Assembly (NCBI GenBank): GCA_963803705.1
Contig: CAWDNU010000003.1
Span: 288,001 to 352,000 of the forward strand
Length of the DNA: 64,000 nt
Reading direction: 5' to 3'
Source of the DNA: an uncultured Pseudobdellovibrionaceae bacterium
GTDB taxonomy: Bacteria; Bdellovibrionota; Bdellovibrionia; Bdellovibrionales; UBA1609
Shown one piece after another: positions 1-10,373 of the stretch (the stretch's first letter is position 1; every line of letters starts with the position of its first letter). The notes beneath the pieces are model-generated. The model had not been told where the DNA came from and made no database searches. It worked only from the letters and a program-made list of their open reading frames with translations. A program made the position numbers and the translations under genes.

Positions 1-90
1 TTCAACAGATAAAAAAACTAATTCCAAGAGCCTTAAAGTAAAGAGTTGGGACTGAGAAATTTGGCTTTTAAACAGAAGGTGGGGTAGTTA

Positions 91-828
91 GTGTACAAAA
101 AGGGATCTCATCTTTACGAAGGAAAAGCCAAGCGAGTCTTTGAAGTTTTAGATACTGCAAATTCTAAAGTGGATGATTTATTATGGCTAGAATTTAAAGA
201 TGATTTGACGGCTTTTAACGCTGTTAAAAAAGGAACTTTTCCAGGCAAAGGAAAAACTAACCTTATGATCACCGACATTATTTTCAATCAATTGAAATCT
301 AAAGACCTGAAAACCCATTGGGTAGAAAAGATTTCTGAAACGGATTTGATTGTTAAAAAGTTAAAAATGATTCCATTAGAGATTGTAATTAGAAATACTT
401 TAGCCGGCAGCACTGCTAAAAAGTTTAATATCGAAGAGGGGCGTGCTCTTACCGAACCTTTGTTCGAACTATTCTACAAAGATGATGCACTGGCTGACCC
501 ATTTATCAACGATGATCAAGCGTTGATGTTAAAGACGGTCGACAATTTAGACCAGATTAAAAAACTAAAAGCTCAAGCGCTTCAGGTAAATGAGATCCTT
601 CTCGAGATGTTTCAAAGTGTTGGTATTAAATTGGTGGATTTTAAACTAGAATTCGGCGTAGCTAAAAACGGAGAGATTTGTTTAGCCGATGAAATATCAC
701 CTGATAGTTGTAGGTTGTGGGACATTGAAACAGGCGAAAGATTGGATAAAGATAGGTTTCGGCGTGATCTTGGTAAGGTCCAGGAATCATACGAAGGTAT
801 TTTATCAAAACTGAAAAGTCGTTATTAG
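91..828 (+). CDS. purC: Phosphoribosylaminoimidazole-succinocarboxamide synthase
   Basis: LYEGKAK, MIPLEIVIRN, LVDFKLEFG, LADEISPDSCRLWD and LDKDRFR motifs; first gene of pur cluster. Confidence 0.97.
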   Translation: MYKKGSHLYEGKAKRVFEVLDTANSKVDDLLWLEFKDDLTAFNAVKKGTFPGKGKTNLMITDIIFNQLKSKDLKTHWVEKISETDLIVKKLKMIPLEIVIRNTLAGSTAKKFNIEEGRALTEPLFELFYKDDALADPFINDDQALMLKTVDNLDQIKKLKAQALQVNEILLEMFQSVGIKLVDFKLEFGVAKNGEICLADEISPDSCRLWDIETGERLDKDRFRRDLGKVQESYEGILSKLKSRY

Positions 829-918
829 ACTTAAGCGTCTTACTAATTGTGAATTTAATTACAAGATCATAATGATTGGTTTTTAGTACTAGTTTAACTT
901 TAAAAGGAGCTATCTTAA

Positions 919-1158
919 ATGTTAAAGTTCTCAGTACAGGTTTTGCCCAAACCTGAAGTATTAGATAGTCAAGGTCGCGCTGTCGAGACGCTATTAAGAA
1001 AAGAAGGTTTCGAGTTAAACTCGTGTCGAGTTGGCAAGTACATGGAGTTTGAAATGAACACGGATAACGAAAATGAGGCCTTAGAGCGCTTAAAGCAAAT
1101 GTCAGAATACGTTTTATACAATCCATTGATAGAAAAAATTGAAATCAAAAAAATATAA
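919..1158 (+). CDS. purS: FGAM synthase subunit PurS
   Basis: 79 aa; KPEVLDSQGRAV, RVGKY, LYNPLIE; between purC and purQ; AGGAG RBS. Confidence 0.95.
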   Translation: MLKFSVQVLPKPEVLDSQGRAVETLLRKEGFELNSCRVGKYMEFEMNTDNENEALERLKQMSEYVLYNPLIEKIEIKKI

Positions 1159-1191
1159 TATTTTGTATTTGATATACTAGGTTGGTTCGCT

Positions 1192-1839
1192 TTGAAAAAA
1201 ATAGGAATTACACGTTTTCTAGGTACTAATTGCGACAGAGACATCTGGACTGCTATACAGGGCATGGGCTATGAACCAGAATGGCTTTGGTACGAAAACC
1301 AATATAATTTAGACAACTACCAAGCAGTTTTTATTCCTGGAGGCTTCAGCTACGGGGATTACCTACGCTGTGGGGCTTTAGCTGCTAGAAGTCAGGTCAT
1401 GAAGTCAGTAAAAACTTCGGCTGAAAAAGGTCTGCCTGTATTTGGGATTTGTAATGGCTTTCAAATTCTTTGCGAAGCGGAAATGCTGCCTGGAGCTTTA
1501 CTTCGAAACGAGTCCGTTCAGTTTATTGACTCTTGGGTAGAGCTTGAATGTATGACTACATCTAAGCGCTGGGATTTTGGTGAGAACAAAAAAATACCGA
1601 TTGCGCATGGCGAAGGTAGATACTTCGTTTTCGAGGACGAGCGAAGCAAGCTCTACGATGAGGATCAAGTGTGGTTAAAGTACGTAGATAATCCCAATGG
1701 TTCGTTAGATGATATCGCTGGTGTATTAAATCAAAAGAAAAATGTAGGTGGGCTTATGCCACATCCAGAACGCGCAGTGCAGGCTTGGATGGGAACGGCT
1801 GATGGACTGCAGATTTTAGAAAATTTTTTAGGCTCTTAA
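1192..1839 (+). CDS. purQ: FGAM synthase glutaminase subunit PurQ
   Basis: GTNCD, PGGFSYGDYLR, GICNGFQIL, HGEG, GLMPHPER. Confidence 0.97.
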   Translation: MKKIGITRFLGTNCDRDIWTAIQGMGYEPEWLWYENQYNLDNYQAVFIPGGFSYGDYLRCGALAARSQVMKSVKTSAEKGLPVFGICNGFQILCEAEMLPGALLRNESVQFIDSWVELECMTTSKRWDFGENKKIPIAHGEGRYFVFEDERSKLYDEDQVWLKYVDNPNGSLDDIAGVLNQKKNVGGLMPHPERAVQAWMGTADGLQILENFLGS

Positions 1840-1879
1840 ATATTGCTATTGTAGAGCTGCAAATAAACTAGGAAAAAAA

Positions 1880-4171
1880 ATGCCAAATGATTTGAACTCA
1901 AAGACTCTGCAGAACCCCCGGTCACAAATTGCGACCGAAACCGAGCTTCAAGAAAAACTATCGAAGTATCGGCTAAGTAAAGATGAATACAAAAAAATAA
2001 TAGAACTTTTAGGCCGCAAGCCTGTCGGCATCGAGTGGGCGTTGTTTTCTGCCCTTTGGAGCGAGCACTGTAGTTATAAATCATCTCGTAGACATCTTAA
2101 AAACTTTTTTTCTGAGTCGGAGCGTTTAGTCTCTGGGTTCGGCGAAAATGCTGGCGTTATTGATTTGGGTGACGGAGAACGCGTGGGATTCAAAATGGAA
2201 AGCCACAATCATCCTTCTTTTATCGAGCCCTATCAAGGTGCTGCCACTGGCGTGGGAGGCATATTGCGTGATATTTTTACTATGGGGGCTCGACCGATAG
2301 CACTCGCTAACTATCTTTGCTTTGGGAAGCCAGAAGCAAAGCGCATGCAAAGCCTTGTAGAGGGTGTTGTTCGCGGAATTTCTGGTTATGGAAACTGCGT
2401 TGGAGTTCCAAATATTTCCGGTCAAACAGAATTTCATGAGTCCTATGACGAAAATATTTTAGTGAACGCTTTTGCGCTAGGATACTTTGGCAAGGACGAT
2501 ACCTTAGTAACATCTCAAGCTAAGGGTGTTGGCAACTGGGTTGTCTACGTGGGTGCAAAAACAGGTCGTGACGGCATTCACGGAGCCAGTATGGCAAGTG
2601 CATCGTTTGATGGCGCAGATGAATCTGGGCACAACACTATCGATGAAAGCAAAAGACCTACTATCCAAATTGGGGATCCTTTTCTAGAAAAGCTCTTAAT
2701 TGAATCTTGTATCGAAGTGATCAATCAAGACCTAGTGTTGGCTATTCAGGATATGGGCGCTGCGGGTCTTACAAGTTCAGCTTTTGAGATGGCGTCAAAA
2801 GGCGGGGTAGGCTTTGATATGCATTTGGACCAGGTTCCACTTCGCGACTCTACGATGTCACCGGAAGATATTCTGCTATCAGAAAGCCAGGAAAGGATGC
2901 TTTTAGTATGCAAACCTTCAAAATTTAAAGCTATAGAAGAGGTTTTTAAAAAGTGGAATTTAGATGCAACTAAGATTGGTGAAGTTTTAGAAAAAAGAAT
3001 TATAAATTTGCATTGGAATAAAGAGATAATCTGCTCTATAGATCCGGACACCTTAACTGAAAATGCTCCGAACTATGACCGTGAGTATGCTAAGGATTTT
3101 AAGGACTTTACTGAACTGCAAATTTCAGAAAATGAAACTCGATTAACTCTTAATGCAAAAAATTTCAATGAAAATTATTTAGACAAGATATATGAAAGTT
3201 TGTTTCTAGCTCCTAAGAATTGGATTTATGATCAGTATGATCAAAGAGTTGGTGCTAAAACAGCTAGAGACTGTAGTGAATCTGTAGGGGTCGTGGTTTT
3301 GCCAGAGTCTAAAAGATCATTGGGAATTGTTTTAGGATGCAGGCCGTACATGATGCGCATGAGCGCTTTCGTGGGAGCCCAGGATGCAGTGCTCTATCCT
3401 TCCATTGAATTAGCATTGAAGGGATTAGAGCCCTTAGCTGTAACTGATTGCCTAAATTTTGGTAACCCGGAAAAGAAGAATGTAATGACAGATTTCGTAG
3501 CGACAGTTGAAGGTATAAGTGACGCGTGCCGAGCACTTAATACTCCGGTAATAAGCGGAAACGTCAGTTTCTACAACGAGACTAGAGGTCAAAATATCAC
3601 TGCTACGCCTTCAACAGGTGTCGTAGGCCTTGGGGGATCTCCCGACAAAGTACCGAGTTCTTATTTTGAAAAGTCCGGTGACCTAATTTATTTGCTATCA
3701 ACTATTAATTCTGTCGAAATAGGTGGTTTATGGGTTGAACTTGAAGATACTAAAAGGTGGATGCGAGGCCAGATCGATTGCAATTCTATTGCTAGTTACG
3801 TCAGATCTTTGAAGACTCTTGTTGATACGGGTTTGGTAAAAGCTTCAAGAGTCGTTGGTGGTTATGGACTTCTTCCTGCTTTGGTTAAAATGGCAGAACA
3901 TAAAATGGGTTGTGACTTAAATTTATCAGTAAAAGATGTTGTTCAAGAAAAGCTTTACGAATCGGTGGTGATTGTGTCCTTTAAAGATCAAAGCGATTTT
4001 GAGAATTTACTCCAACGTGAATCTAAATCTATAAACTTCAAAAATATAGGTGAAGTCATCGATAAAAATGAAATTACTTTCAAGCAGGGTGACTACAAAT
4101 CAGTTTCAATTTCCATGCTAAAAAATAAATCTAAATCAGCTTGGTCAAAGGCCTTTCCGGAGCTTAAATGA
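1880..4171 (+). CDS. purL: FGAM synthase subunit PurL
   Basis: WSEHCSYKSS, KMESHNHPSFIEPYQGAATGVGGILRD, QDMGAAGL, SESQERM, DCLNFGNPE. Confidence 0.98.
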   Translation: MPNDLNSKTLQNPRSQIATETELQEKLSKYRLSKDEYKKIIELLGRKPVGIEWALFSALWSEHCSYKSSRRHLKNFFSESERLVSGFGENAGVIDLGDGERVGFKMESHNHPSFIEPYQGAATGVGGILRDIFTMGARPIALANYLCFGKPEAKRMQSLVEGVVRGISGYGNCVGVPNISGQTEFHESYDENILVNAFALGYFGKDDTLVTSQAKGVGNWVVYVGAKTGRDGIHGASMASASFDGADESGHNTIDESKRPTIQIGDPFLEKLLIESCIEVINQDLVLAIQDMGAAGLTSSAFEMASKGGVGFDMHLDQVPLRDSTMSPEDILLSESQERMLLVCKPSKFKAIEEVFKKWNLDATKIGEVLEKRIINLHWNKEIICSIDPDTLTENAPNYDREYAKDFKDFTELQISENETRLTLNAKNFNENYLDKIYESLFLAPKNWIYDQYDQRVGAKTARDCSESVGVVVLPESKRSLGIVLGCRPYMMRMSAFVGAQDAVLYPSIELALKGLEPLAVTDCLNFGNPEKKNVMTDFVATVEGISDACRALNTPVISGNVSFYNETRGQNITATPSTGVVGLGGSPDKVPSSYFEKSGDLIYLLSTINSVEIGGLWVELEDTKRWMRGQIDCNSIASYVRSLKTLVDTGLVKASRVVGGYGLLPALVKMAEHKMGCDLNLSVKDVVQEKLYESVVIVSFKDQSDFENLLQRESKSINFKNIGEVIDKNEITFKQGDYKSVSISMLKNKSKSAWSKAFPELK

Positions 4172-5649
4172 ATAACGATATGGCTTTGATAGACGTAAGC
4201 ACTGTTAAAAATGACAGCTTTAGCTTGGATGAAAAAAGCCCGCCAAAAAACAACCCAGATATAATTCGGCAGGACACGGATAAGCCGTCGTGGAATGACG
4301 AGTGCGCAGTCTTCGGGATCTGGAATGATCCAGAAGCTAGCCACATGACTTACCTTGGTCTTTTTGCTTTACAACACAGGGGACAAGAATCCTCTGGCAT
4401 TGTGACTTTAGAAGGGAAAAAACATCTTGAAAAAAAAGGTTTAGGTTTAGTGGGTGAAGTTTTTAGTGAGTCTGATCTGAGGTCCTTGGCAGGACTAGCA
4501 GCAGTTGGACATAACAGGTACTCAACAACTGGAAATGATCAGATCTCAAACTACCAGCCGCTAACTGCAAGTTTACTTACTGGACCCTTAGCCATTGCCC
4601 ACAATGGCAATATTGTAAATGATAAAGAATTGAGGAACGAATTGAAGAATCAGGGCTCCATTTTTCAGGGAACCTCGGACACGGAGGTTCTGCTTCATCT
4701 TCTGGCTAAAGACAGTCGCACGGATTTAGTTGAGTGTCTAAAATCAGGTCTTGTGAAACTAAAAGGTGCTTACAGTTTTGCTATTTTAAGCCACAACTGT
4801 TTGATTGCCGCTCGTGACCCCTACGGTTTTAGACCTCTTATTTTGGGAAAGAGAAAGCACGAAAAAGGTGAGTCTTGGGTCGTGGCTTCAGAATCCTGCG
4901 CGTTCGACTTGATCGGAGCTGAATTTGTCCGAGAGATAGAACCTGGCGAAATCGTTAAGATTGACGATAAAGGTTTAGCTTCAGAAATTTTTGATAAAAG
5001 AGAAAAGCATGCTCAGTGTATTTTTGAGCACGTGTATTTTTCTAGACCAGACTCTAATGTATTTGGTTTAAATGTCTATTCTACCAGAAAGGAAATGGGC
5101 CGAGCACTTGCTAAAGAAAACTCTGGTATTAGGGCAGATTTGGTTGTCCCAGTGCCAGATAGCGGTATTCCGTCAGCACTTGGCTTTAGCGAACAAAGTA
5201 AGATTCCATTCGAGCTAGGTATAATAAGGAACCACTACATTGGTCGTACCTTTATTCAGCCTTCTCAGAGCATAAGAAGCTTTGGAGTAAAAATTAAGTT
5301 AAACCCACAAGCAGATATTTTAAGAGGTAAAAAAGTGATAGTCATCGATGACTCACTTGTGCGCGGTACAACCAGCAAGAAAATTATCAGTTTGTTAAGA
5401 CACGCTGGCGCAAAAGAAGTTCACTTTATGGTGGCGTGTCCTCCAACCATTAGTCCGTGTTTCTATGGGGTGGACACACCAGAAAAAGTTCAGCTGATTG
5501 CTGCTAATCACACCCTGCCGCAGATTCAGGATCATATTGGTGCTGACTCTTTATCTTACCTTTCCCATGAAGGACTTATGTCTTCAGTTTCTAAAGCTCC
5601 GAAAAAGGGTTTTTGTTCTGCCTGCTTTACAGAGGACTATCCGGAATAA
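4168..5649 (+). CDS. purF: Amidophosphoribosyltransferase
   Basis: ECAVFG (Ntn Cys after propeptide), LQHRGQE, GHNRYST, VIDDSLVRGTT PRPP motif, C-terminal CSAC; 4-nt overlap with purL. Confidence 0.97.
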   Translation: MNNDMALIDVSTVKNDSFSLDEKSPPKNNPDIIRQDTDKPSWNDECAVFGIWNDPEASHMTYLGLFALQHRGQESSGIVTLEGKKHLEKKGLGLVGEVFSESDLRSLAGLAAVGHNRYSTTGNDQISNYQPLTASLLTGPLAIAHNGNIVNDKELRNELKNQGSIFQGTSDTEVLLHLLAKDSRTDLVECLKSGLVKLKGAYSFAILSHNCLIAARDPYGFRPLILGKRKHEKGESWVVASESCAFDLIGAEFVREIEPGEIVKIDDKGLASEIFDKREKHAQCIFEHVYFSRPDSNVFGLNVYSTRKEMGRALAKENSGIRADLVVPVPDSGIPSALGFSEQSKIPFELGIIRNHYIGRTFIQPSQSIRSFGVKIKLNPQADILRGKKVIVIDDSLVRGTTSKKIISLLRHAGAKEVHFMVACPPTISPCFYGVDTPEKVQLIAANHTLPQIQDHIGADSLSYLSHEGLMSSVSKAPKKGFCSACFTEDYPE

Positions 5650-5667
5650 TAATAATAATTGTGGAAG

Positions 5668-7190
5668 CTATTCGTAAACGCCTTCTTGATATAAATTTTC
5701 AAAGTTTAGGTCTGCGTATTTTCCGCCACCAATAGCAGCTAAAAGTTCTTCATAATCATGCTCCGAGCTATTTATATACTGATGGACTCTTTCAGACTTC
5801 TCTTCAATGTCTAGGCCCCTTTGCAAATCCTTTCTTAAGGTTGTAATCCCAACTGGACAAGTGTTCTTATTGCACTGTAAGGCTTGGATGCAACCTATTG
5901 ACAACAAGAAGCCTCTGGCAATGTAAACTGCATCGGCACCCATTGACATCGCTATAAACTGTTCACTAGCGTTTATAAGTTTTCCAGCTGCTAATAATTT
6001 CACTCTATCCCTAACTTCAAGTTTAACTAAGGCTTAATGAACGAAGGGCAAAGCTTTAAATATAGGTACACCAACATCATCCATAAAAACTTTAGGTGCG
6101 GCACCTGTTCCACCCTCGGCCCCATCGATAGAAATATAGTCTGGAAAACAGTTCTGTTTTTTCATCTCTTCAATCAAGCTCAGAAACTCAGGTTTACGCC
6201 CGATACAAAGTTTAATACCGACGGGCAATTCGCTTAGGTCCTGGATCCTTTTTATAAATTTCACTGTATTAACAGGGTTATCGCATTCAATTTGAAAAGG
6301 CGGGGACTTAACATCTTTATCTTTAGACACGCCTCTTAACTCTGCGATCTCATCTGTAATTTTTTCTTTAGGTAGAAGTCCTCCTTTTCCAGGCTTAGCT
6401 CCTTGAGAAAACTTTATCTCGATCATTTTAACGTTTGGCTCGGAAGCAATTTTTTTCAAATTTTCTTCATTTAAGCTACTATCTTCATTTCTACAGCCAA
6501 ATTTCGCAGTGTCCATTTGAAATATCACGTCCGCTTTTTCTTTCAAGTGATGAAGAGGGTAACCACCTTCACCTGTATTTATTGGGATACCAGCTTTATA
6601 AGCTCCTTTGGAAAGAGCTCTTACGGCATTTTCCCCTAGAGAGCCGTAACTCATGGCACTGATTAAGATTGGGTGATTTATCGTATACGAATTTTTTAGG
6701 TTACGTTCGTCTCCAAAGGTTAAGCTAAACTTTTCCAAATTTTCTTTGTGCACCGGATACATTGAATGACGAATTTTTATTTCAGTTTTATCGAACTTCT
6801 TTTGCGAACCATAAGCAGATGTGGAATCAATTCCTTTTGATTTCTGATAGATTTCTGAACGTTCTACGCGGTTAAAAGGCATTTCTTCTGTATCACCCAT
6901 AAATAGGTATTGTCTAAATTCTGGACCGATACTTTCTAAAATGTACCTAACTTGAGCAGCAATTCAAAATTAGAAAGCAAAGAGTGTTTTTTTTGAATAT
7001 GCCGATAATAGAAATTAAGCGCAGTTAATCCAAAAAAAAGCACCGCATAAATGTAGAAGCTCGAGGATTTAAAATAACCCAGAAATAGAAATAAAATCAT
7101 CAGTAAGGGTATTGCGGAATTTGTAAAAGATGAAATCTTTTACAAGTTTACATTTATACTTCCACCAAGTTGTCTTTTTTTTGTTTTCAT
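5668..7190 (-). pseudogene. FMN-binding glutamate synthase family protein, disrupted (or sequencing errors)
   Basis: ORFs 6034-6900 and 5668-6003 are in the same frame, separated by one TAA (LPFVH*ALVKLEVRDRVKLLAAG). Motifs SAMSYGSL, NTGEGG, EIKFSQGAKPGKGG, IDGAEGGTGAAP, GCIQALQCNKNTCPVGIT. Upstream, RYILESIGPEFRQYLF joins QKKHSLLSNF only across a frameshift near 6961-6966. The 5' end is uncertain. Confidence 0.8.
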
Positions 7191-7263
7191 CAAACAAAAG
7201 ATATCATAGGCACCTAGTTAATGTGCGAAAAAACAGTTTTTGAAACTAACTCTTGAACTAGCG

Positions 7264-7295
7264 AACCTGCTGTATATAGCTACATCCAGCAGGTT
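7264..7295. repeat. 32-bp near-perfect palindrome (terminator or operator)
   Basis: AACCTGCTGTATATAG|CTACATCCAGCAGGTT; arms match at 14 of 16 positions; lies downstream of the minus-strand EEP gene. Confidence 0.6.
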
Positions 7296-7346
7296 TAACT
7301 GTCAAAATTCTACAAAGCTGGGAGTTAAATTTATTTTTTACTTCTA

Positions 7347-8255
7347 CTAGAACTCAATTTGGGCTGTGACTGCACAGTGATCAGAGATATTTGTTTTATA
7401 AAAGTTTATCTTTTTTAAGGTATTTTTATTTCTGTCACAGATTGGATGCACAAAATAATCGAGAATAACTTTTTTTGTCTTGATCATTAAAAAGTCAAAA
7501 ATTTTCTGAGTTTTAGAAAGAGTCGTCGGCAAATCCTTAACTGTAAAAAAGTTCAGACCATTTTTTTCGCTTAAGTCTAAGAAATCATCAATTTCGCTAA
7601 AACGCTCGCCATCAATATTTCTGATATAGCTATTGAAATCACCACCAACTATCTGGGTTTCGTTTAGGGGTACACCCAAGTTCACTAGGCTTTCGATAAG
7701 CAAATCGGTCTGTACTTTCCTTCGAGCGGACTCTTTGTAGCCGGCCTTCAAGTGAAGATTGTAGGTGTTGATAATTTGACCAGAAGAAAGTTCTTTTAAT
7801 GACACCGATAACACATCTCTTAGTCTATCTCTAGGAGCTGAGATTGCGATTACACGGGCTGGATCAAATAGCTCATCCGAGCTGCCTAGAACTTGAAACT
7901 TATTAGTGTCAAAACATGTTAAAACATACTGATGTGCGCCGCCTCTAAAATTATAACTGGCGCAACGAAAACGCGAATCAAGAATTTTTTCAAATTTTTC
8001 AGGTTTGGTTATCTCTTGAAACAGAAAAATATCAGTGGACTGTAAATCGTCACCTAAAAATTTTTTTAAAACCTTGTCTCTTTTCACGGGTTCTTTAGTG
8101 TGAAACTTCGTATTGCCATACCAGGCGATATTCAATGAGGTGATCCTCACATCAGTAGGTTTAGCGGACGCACTCAGTGTGAATAAAAGAATGAAACTAA
8201 AACCAATTTTTTTTCTCACATTTGTATTGTCTGTATAAAATTTTGAAGAGTGCAA
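7347..8255 (-). CDS. Secreted endonuclease/exonuclease/phosphatase (EEP) family protein
   Basis: TSLNIAW, FLFQEI, NLHLKAG, VGGDFNS, FDFL, SDHCAV motifs; signal-peptide-like N-terminus; true start probably a few codons downstream. Confidence 0.85.
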   Translation of the reverse strand: MHSSKFYTDNTNVRKKIGFSFILLFTLSASAKPTDVRITSLNIAWYGNTKFHTKEPVKRDKVLKKFLGDDLQSTDIFLFQEITKPEKFEKILDSRFRCASYNFRGGAHQYVLTCFDTNKFQVLGSSDELFDPARVIAISAPRDRLRDVLSVSLKELSSGQIINTYNLHLKAGYKESARRKVQTDLLIESLVNLGVPLNETQIVGGDFNSYIRNIDGERFSEIDDFLDLSEKNGLNFFTVKDLPTTLSKTQKIFDFLMIKTKKVILDYFVHPICDRNKNTLKKINFYKTNISDHCAVTAQIEF

Positions 8256-8367
8256 ACATTATATCTAAATGGCCCAGAGTTTAAAACGGCGTTGACGCAA
8301 TCTTAACATCCCAATTATAAAAGCTATTTAAGCTTGATTCTAAAAACAGACCCGTCAGAATTAAACT

Positions 8368-9288
8368 ATGGCCTCTGGATTTAAATTATCGTTAAGTGTT
8401 ATTGCCCCAAGTTTTAAAATTCCACCTGCGGATCTTAATGCATGCTTGACCGCACTTAAAAATCTAGATGTTAAATTAGAAGTTGAAAAACCTTTGTTTA
8501 GCACCAAAGATCTTTGCTCAAATACGGTGTACAAGCGCCTGAAAGGCTTAACCAAAGCTTTCAGTAATAATTCTGATTACATCTGGTGTTTAAGAGGGGG
8601 TTACGGAGCTCTTCATTTAGTTAAAGATCTATTAGAAATGCCAAAGCCTTCAAGGAAAATTAAGCTAATAGGTTTTAGCGATATCACAGTTCTGCATTAT
8701 ATTACTAACCAAAGATGGAATATAAGCTCGCTTCACTGGAAGCATTTGAATAGTTTTTTAGTTAAAAATGAAAAAGGGATTTTAAGTTTTAACCAATCGA
8801 CATTTATTCAAGCAGTTGAAGATCTTAGAAGTATAAATGAATTTGATCTAGGTGTTGTAAAACCTTTAAATTCAGCTGCAAAAAAAGTAAAAAACATCCA
8901 TTCTAAAGTTGTTGGTGGCAATCTAATTACTTTGCAGTCCTTGGTAGGACTAGAAATCCCAAAACCAGTAGGTAAAATTCTTTTTTTAGAAGAAGTTGAC
9001 GAGCCAATATATAAGATTGATCGAGCGTTCACACAGTTGCATTTAAATGGTTGGTTTAGTGATCTTGATGCTATGGTACTTGGGTCTTTTAGCCACAAAG
9101 ATAAAGTAATTCAGAAGAAGATTGAAGAGTATCTAAAACAAAAGCTAAGTACATATAAGTGTCCAGTATTTGCTGGGTTGAGGGCCGGGCACATACCTGA
9201 TCAAAAGCCCTTGTTTTTTAACACTGAGTCATCAATCCAGTTGGACAAAAATAAATTTAAGCTTAAAGTAAGAAATGGGTTTATTTGA
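8368..9288 (+). CDS. ldcA: LD-carboxypeptidase (peptidase S66)
   Basis: RGGYG, GFSDIT (Ser), GGNL, LFLEEVDE (Glu), GH (His) triad motifs. Confidence 0.9.
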   Translation: MASGFKLSLSVIAPSFKIPPADLNACLTALKNLDVKLEVEKPLFSTKDLCSNTVYKRLKGLTKAFSNNSDYIWCLRGGYGALHLVKDLLEMPKPSRKIKLIGFSDITVLHYITNQRWNISSLHWKHLNSFLVKNEKGILSFNQSTFIQAVEDLRSINEFDLGVVKPLNSAAKKVKNIHSKVVGGNLITLQSLVGLEIPKPVGKILFLEEVDEPIYKIDRAFTQLHLNGWFSDLDAMVLGSFSHKDKVIQKKIEEYLKQKLSTYKCPVFAGLRAGHIPDQKPLFFNTESSIQLDKNKFKLKVRNGFI

Positions 9289-9314
9289 TTTAAAAAATCC
9301 AAAGGCTTGTTTGA

Positions 9315-10373
9315 ATGTCCAAGAAAATTTCTTACTCAGAAAGCAGCACTATTCAGAACGCTCTGAATACACTTTTAGCAGACAACTTAAAGCAAAGGTC
9401 AGAGAGCTTAAAAATTGGCGTTATTTATAAAAACCATTTTTACAAGTTTAGTTATGGGAAAAACTATAAATATTATGATTTAGCTTCGTTAACAAAAGTA
9501 ATATTTACGGTTAGTGCTTTTATGCACTATGAAAGTAAAATTAAGCCAGTTTTAGATTCACCCGTAGTAAATATTCTTCCATGGTTTACTGGTCCTGATT
9601 CGGTCAAAGTAAAGGATCTTCTTGCCCATCAATCAGGTGCCCCTTCGCTGTACCCAGTTTACAAGAAACTTAAGTACGATACTCTTTCTGGATTAGAGCC
9701 CTTGAACCTGCTCACTAGAGAAATTACATTTAGTGAAAAATGCCCTGTATATTCAGATGTTGGTTTTTTTGTTCTAGGTGCAATTTTAGAAAGTATTTAT
9801 TTGAAACCGCTGCTTAGTATATATCAGCACATTGAAAAAACTTATGATCTAGGATCTATACATTTTAATCCTGTAGGCAAAAAATGCAGATTTCCAAAAA
9901 ATGAGTACGCTCCCACAGAAAAGTGTCCATTGAGAAAAAAAATGATCCAGGGGGAAGTGCATGATGAGAACTGCTGGAAAATGGGTGGGGTGGGACCGCA
10001 CGCTGGTCTATTCGGTTCTTTAGAAGACGTGATGATGTGGTTAAATAATTTTAGTTTGAACCTAGAATCTAAGGATGTAAAAAACACTAGCTTAAAATTT
10101 TTACAGAAACAAAGAGGCGACTGGCGTTTGGGCTTGATGGTTCCGTCGAAACCTAAATCTTCTTCAGGTCTATACTTTTCAGACCAGGCTTGGGGGCACT
10201 TAGGTTTTACCGGAGTTTCATTTTGGTCAGATCCCTATCAAGCCTTAAGTGTCGTAATTTTAAGTAATAGAACTTATCCTGACCGAACAAACATGACATT
10301 TAATGAGTTAAGACCAATGATACATAACACTATTTGGGAGGCGCTTCATGACAAAAAAAATTTCAGACCTTAG
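9315..10373 (+). CDS. Beta-lactamase-fold serine hydrolase (possible muropeptide amidase/esterase)
   Basis: DLASLTK (SxxK), LLAHQSG, YSD, GEVHDEN, HAGLF, GHLGFTG; between ldcA and mpl. Confidence 0.85.
   Translation: MSKKISYSESSTIQNALNTLLADNLKQRSESLKIGVIYKNHFYKFSYGKNYKYYDLASLTKVIFTVSAFMHYESKIKPVLDSPVVNILPWFTGPDSVKVKDLLAHQSGAPSLYPVYKKLKYDTLSGLEPLNLLTREITFSEKCPVYSDVGFFVLGAILESIYLKPLLSIYQHIEKTYDLGSIHFNPVGKKCRFPKNEYAPTEKCPLRKKMIQGEVHDENCWKMGGVGPHAGLFGSLEDVMMWLNNFSLNLESKDVKNTSLKFLQKQRGDWRLGLMVPSKPKSSSGLYFSDQAWGHLGFTGVSFWSDPYQALSVVILSNRTYPDRTNMTFNELRPMIHNTIWEALHDKKNFRP

Noticed and set aside
6034..6036. Stop-codon readthrough or alternative genetic code
   Set aside because: The stop is TAA, which ends many normal genes here, and the same gene also has a frameshift
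7270..7285. E. coli-type SOS box (CTGT-N8-ACAT)
   Set aside because: One mismatch, explained by the larger palindrome, and not upstream of a repair gene
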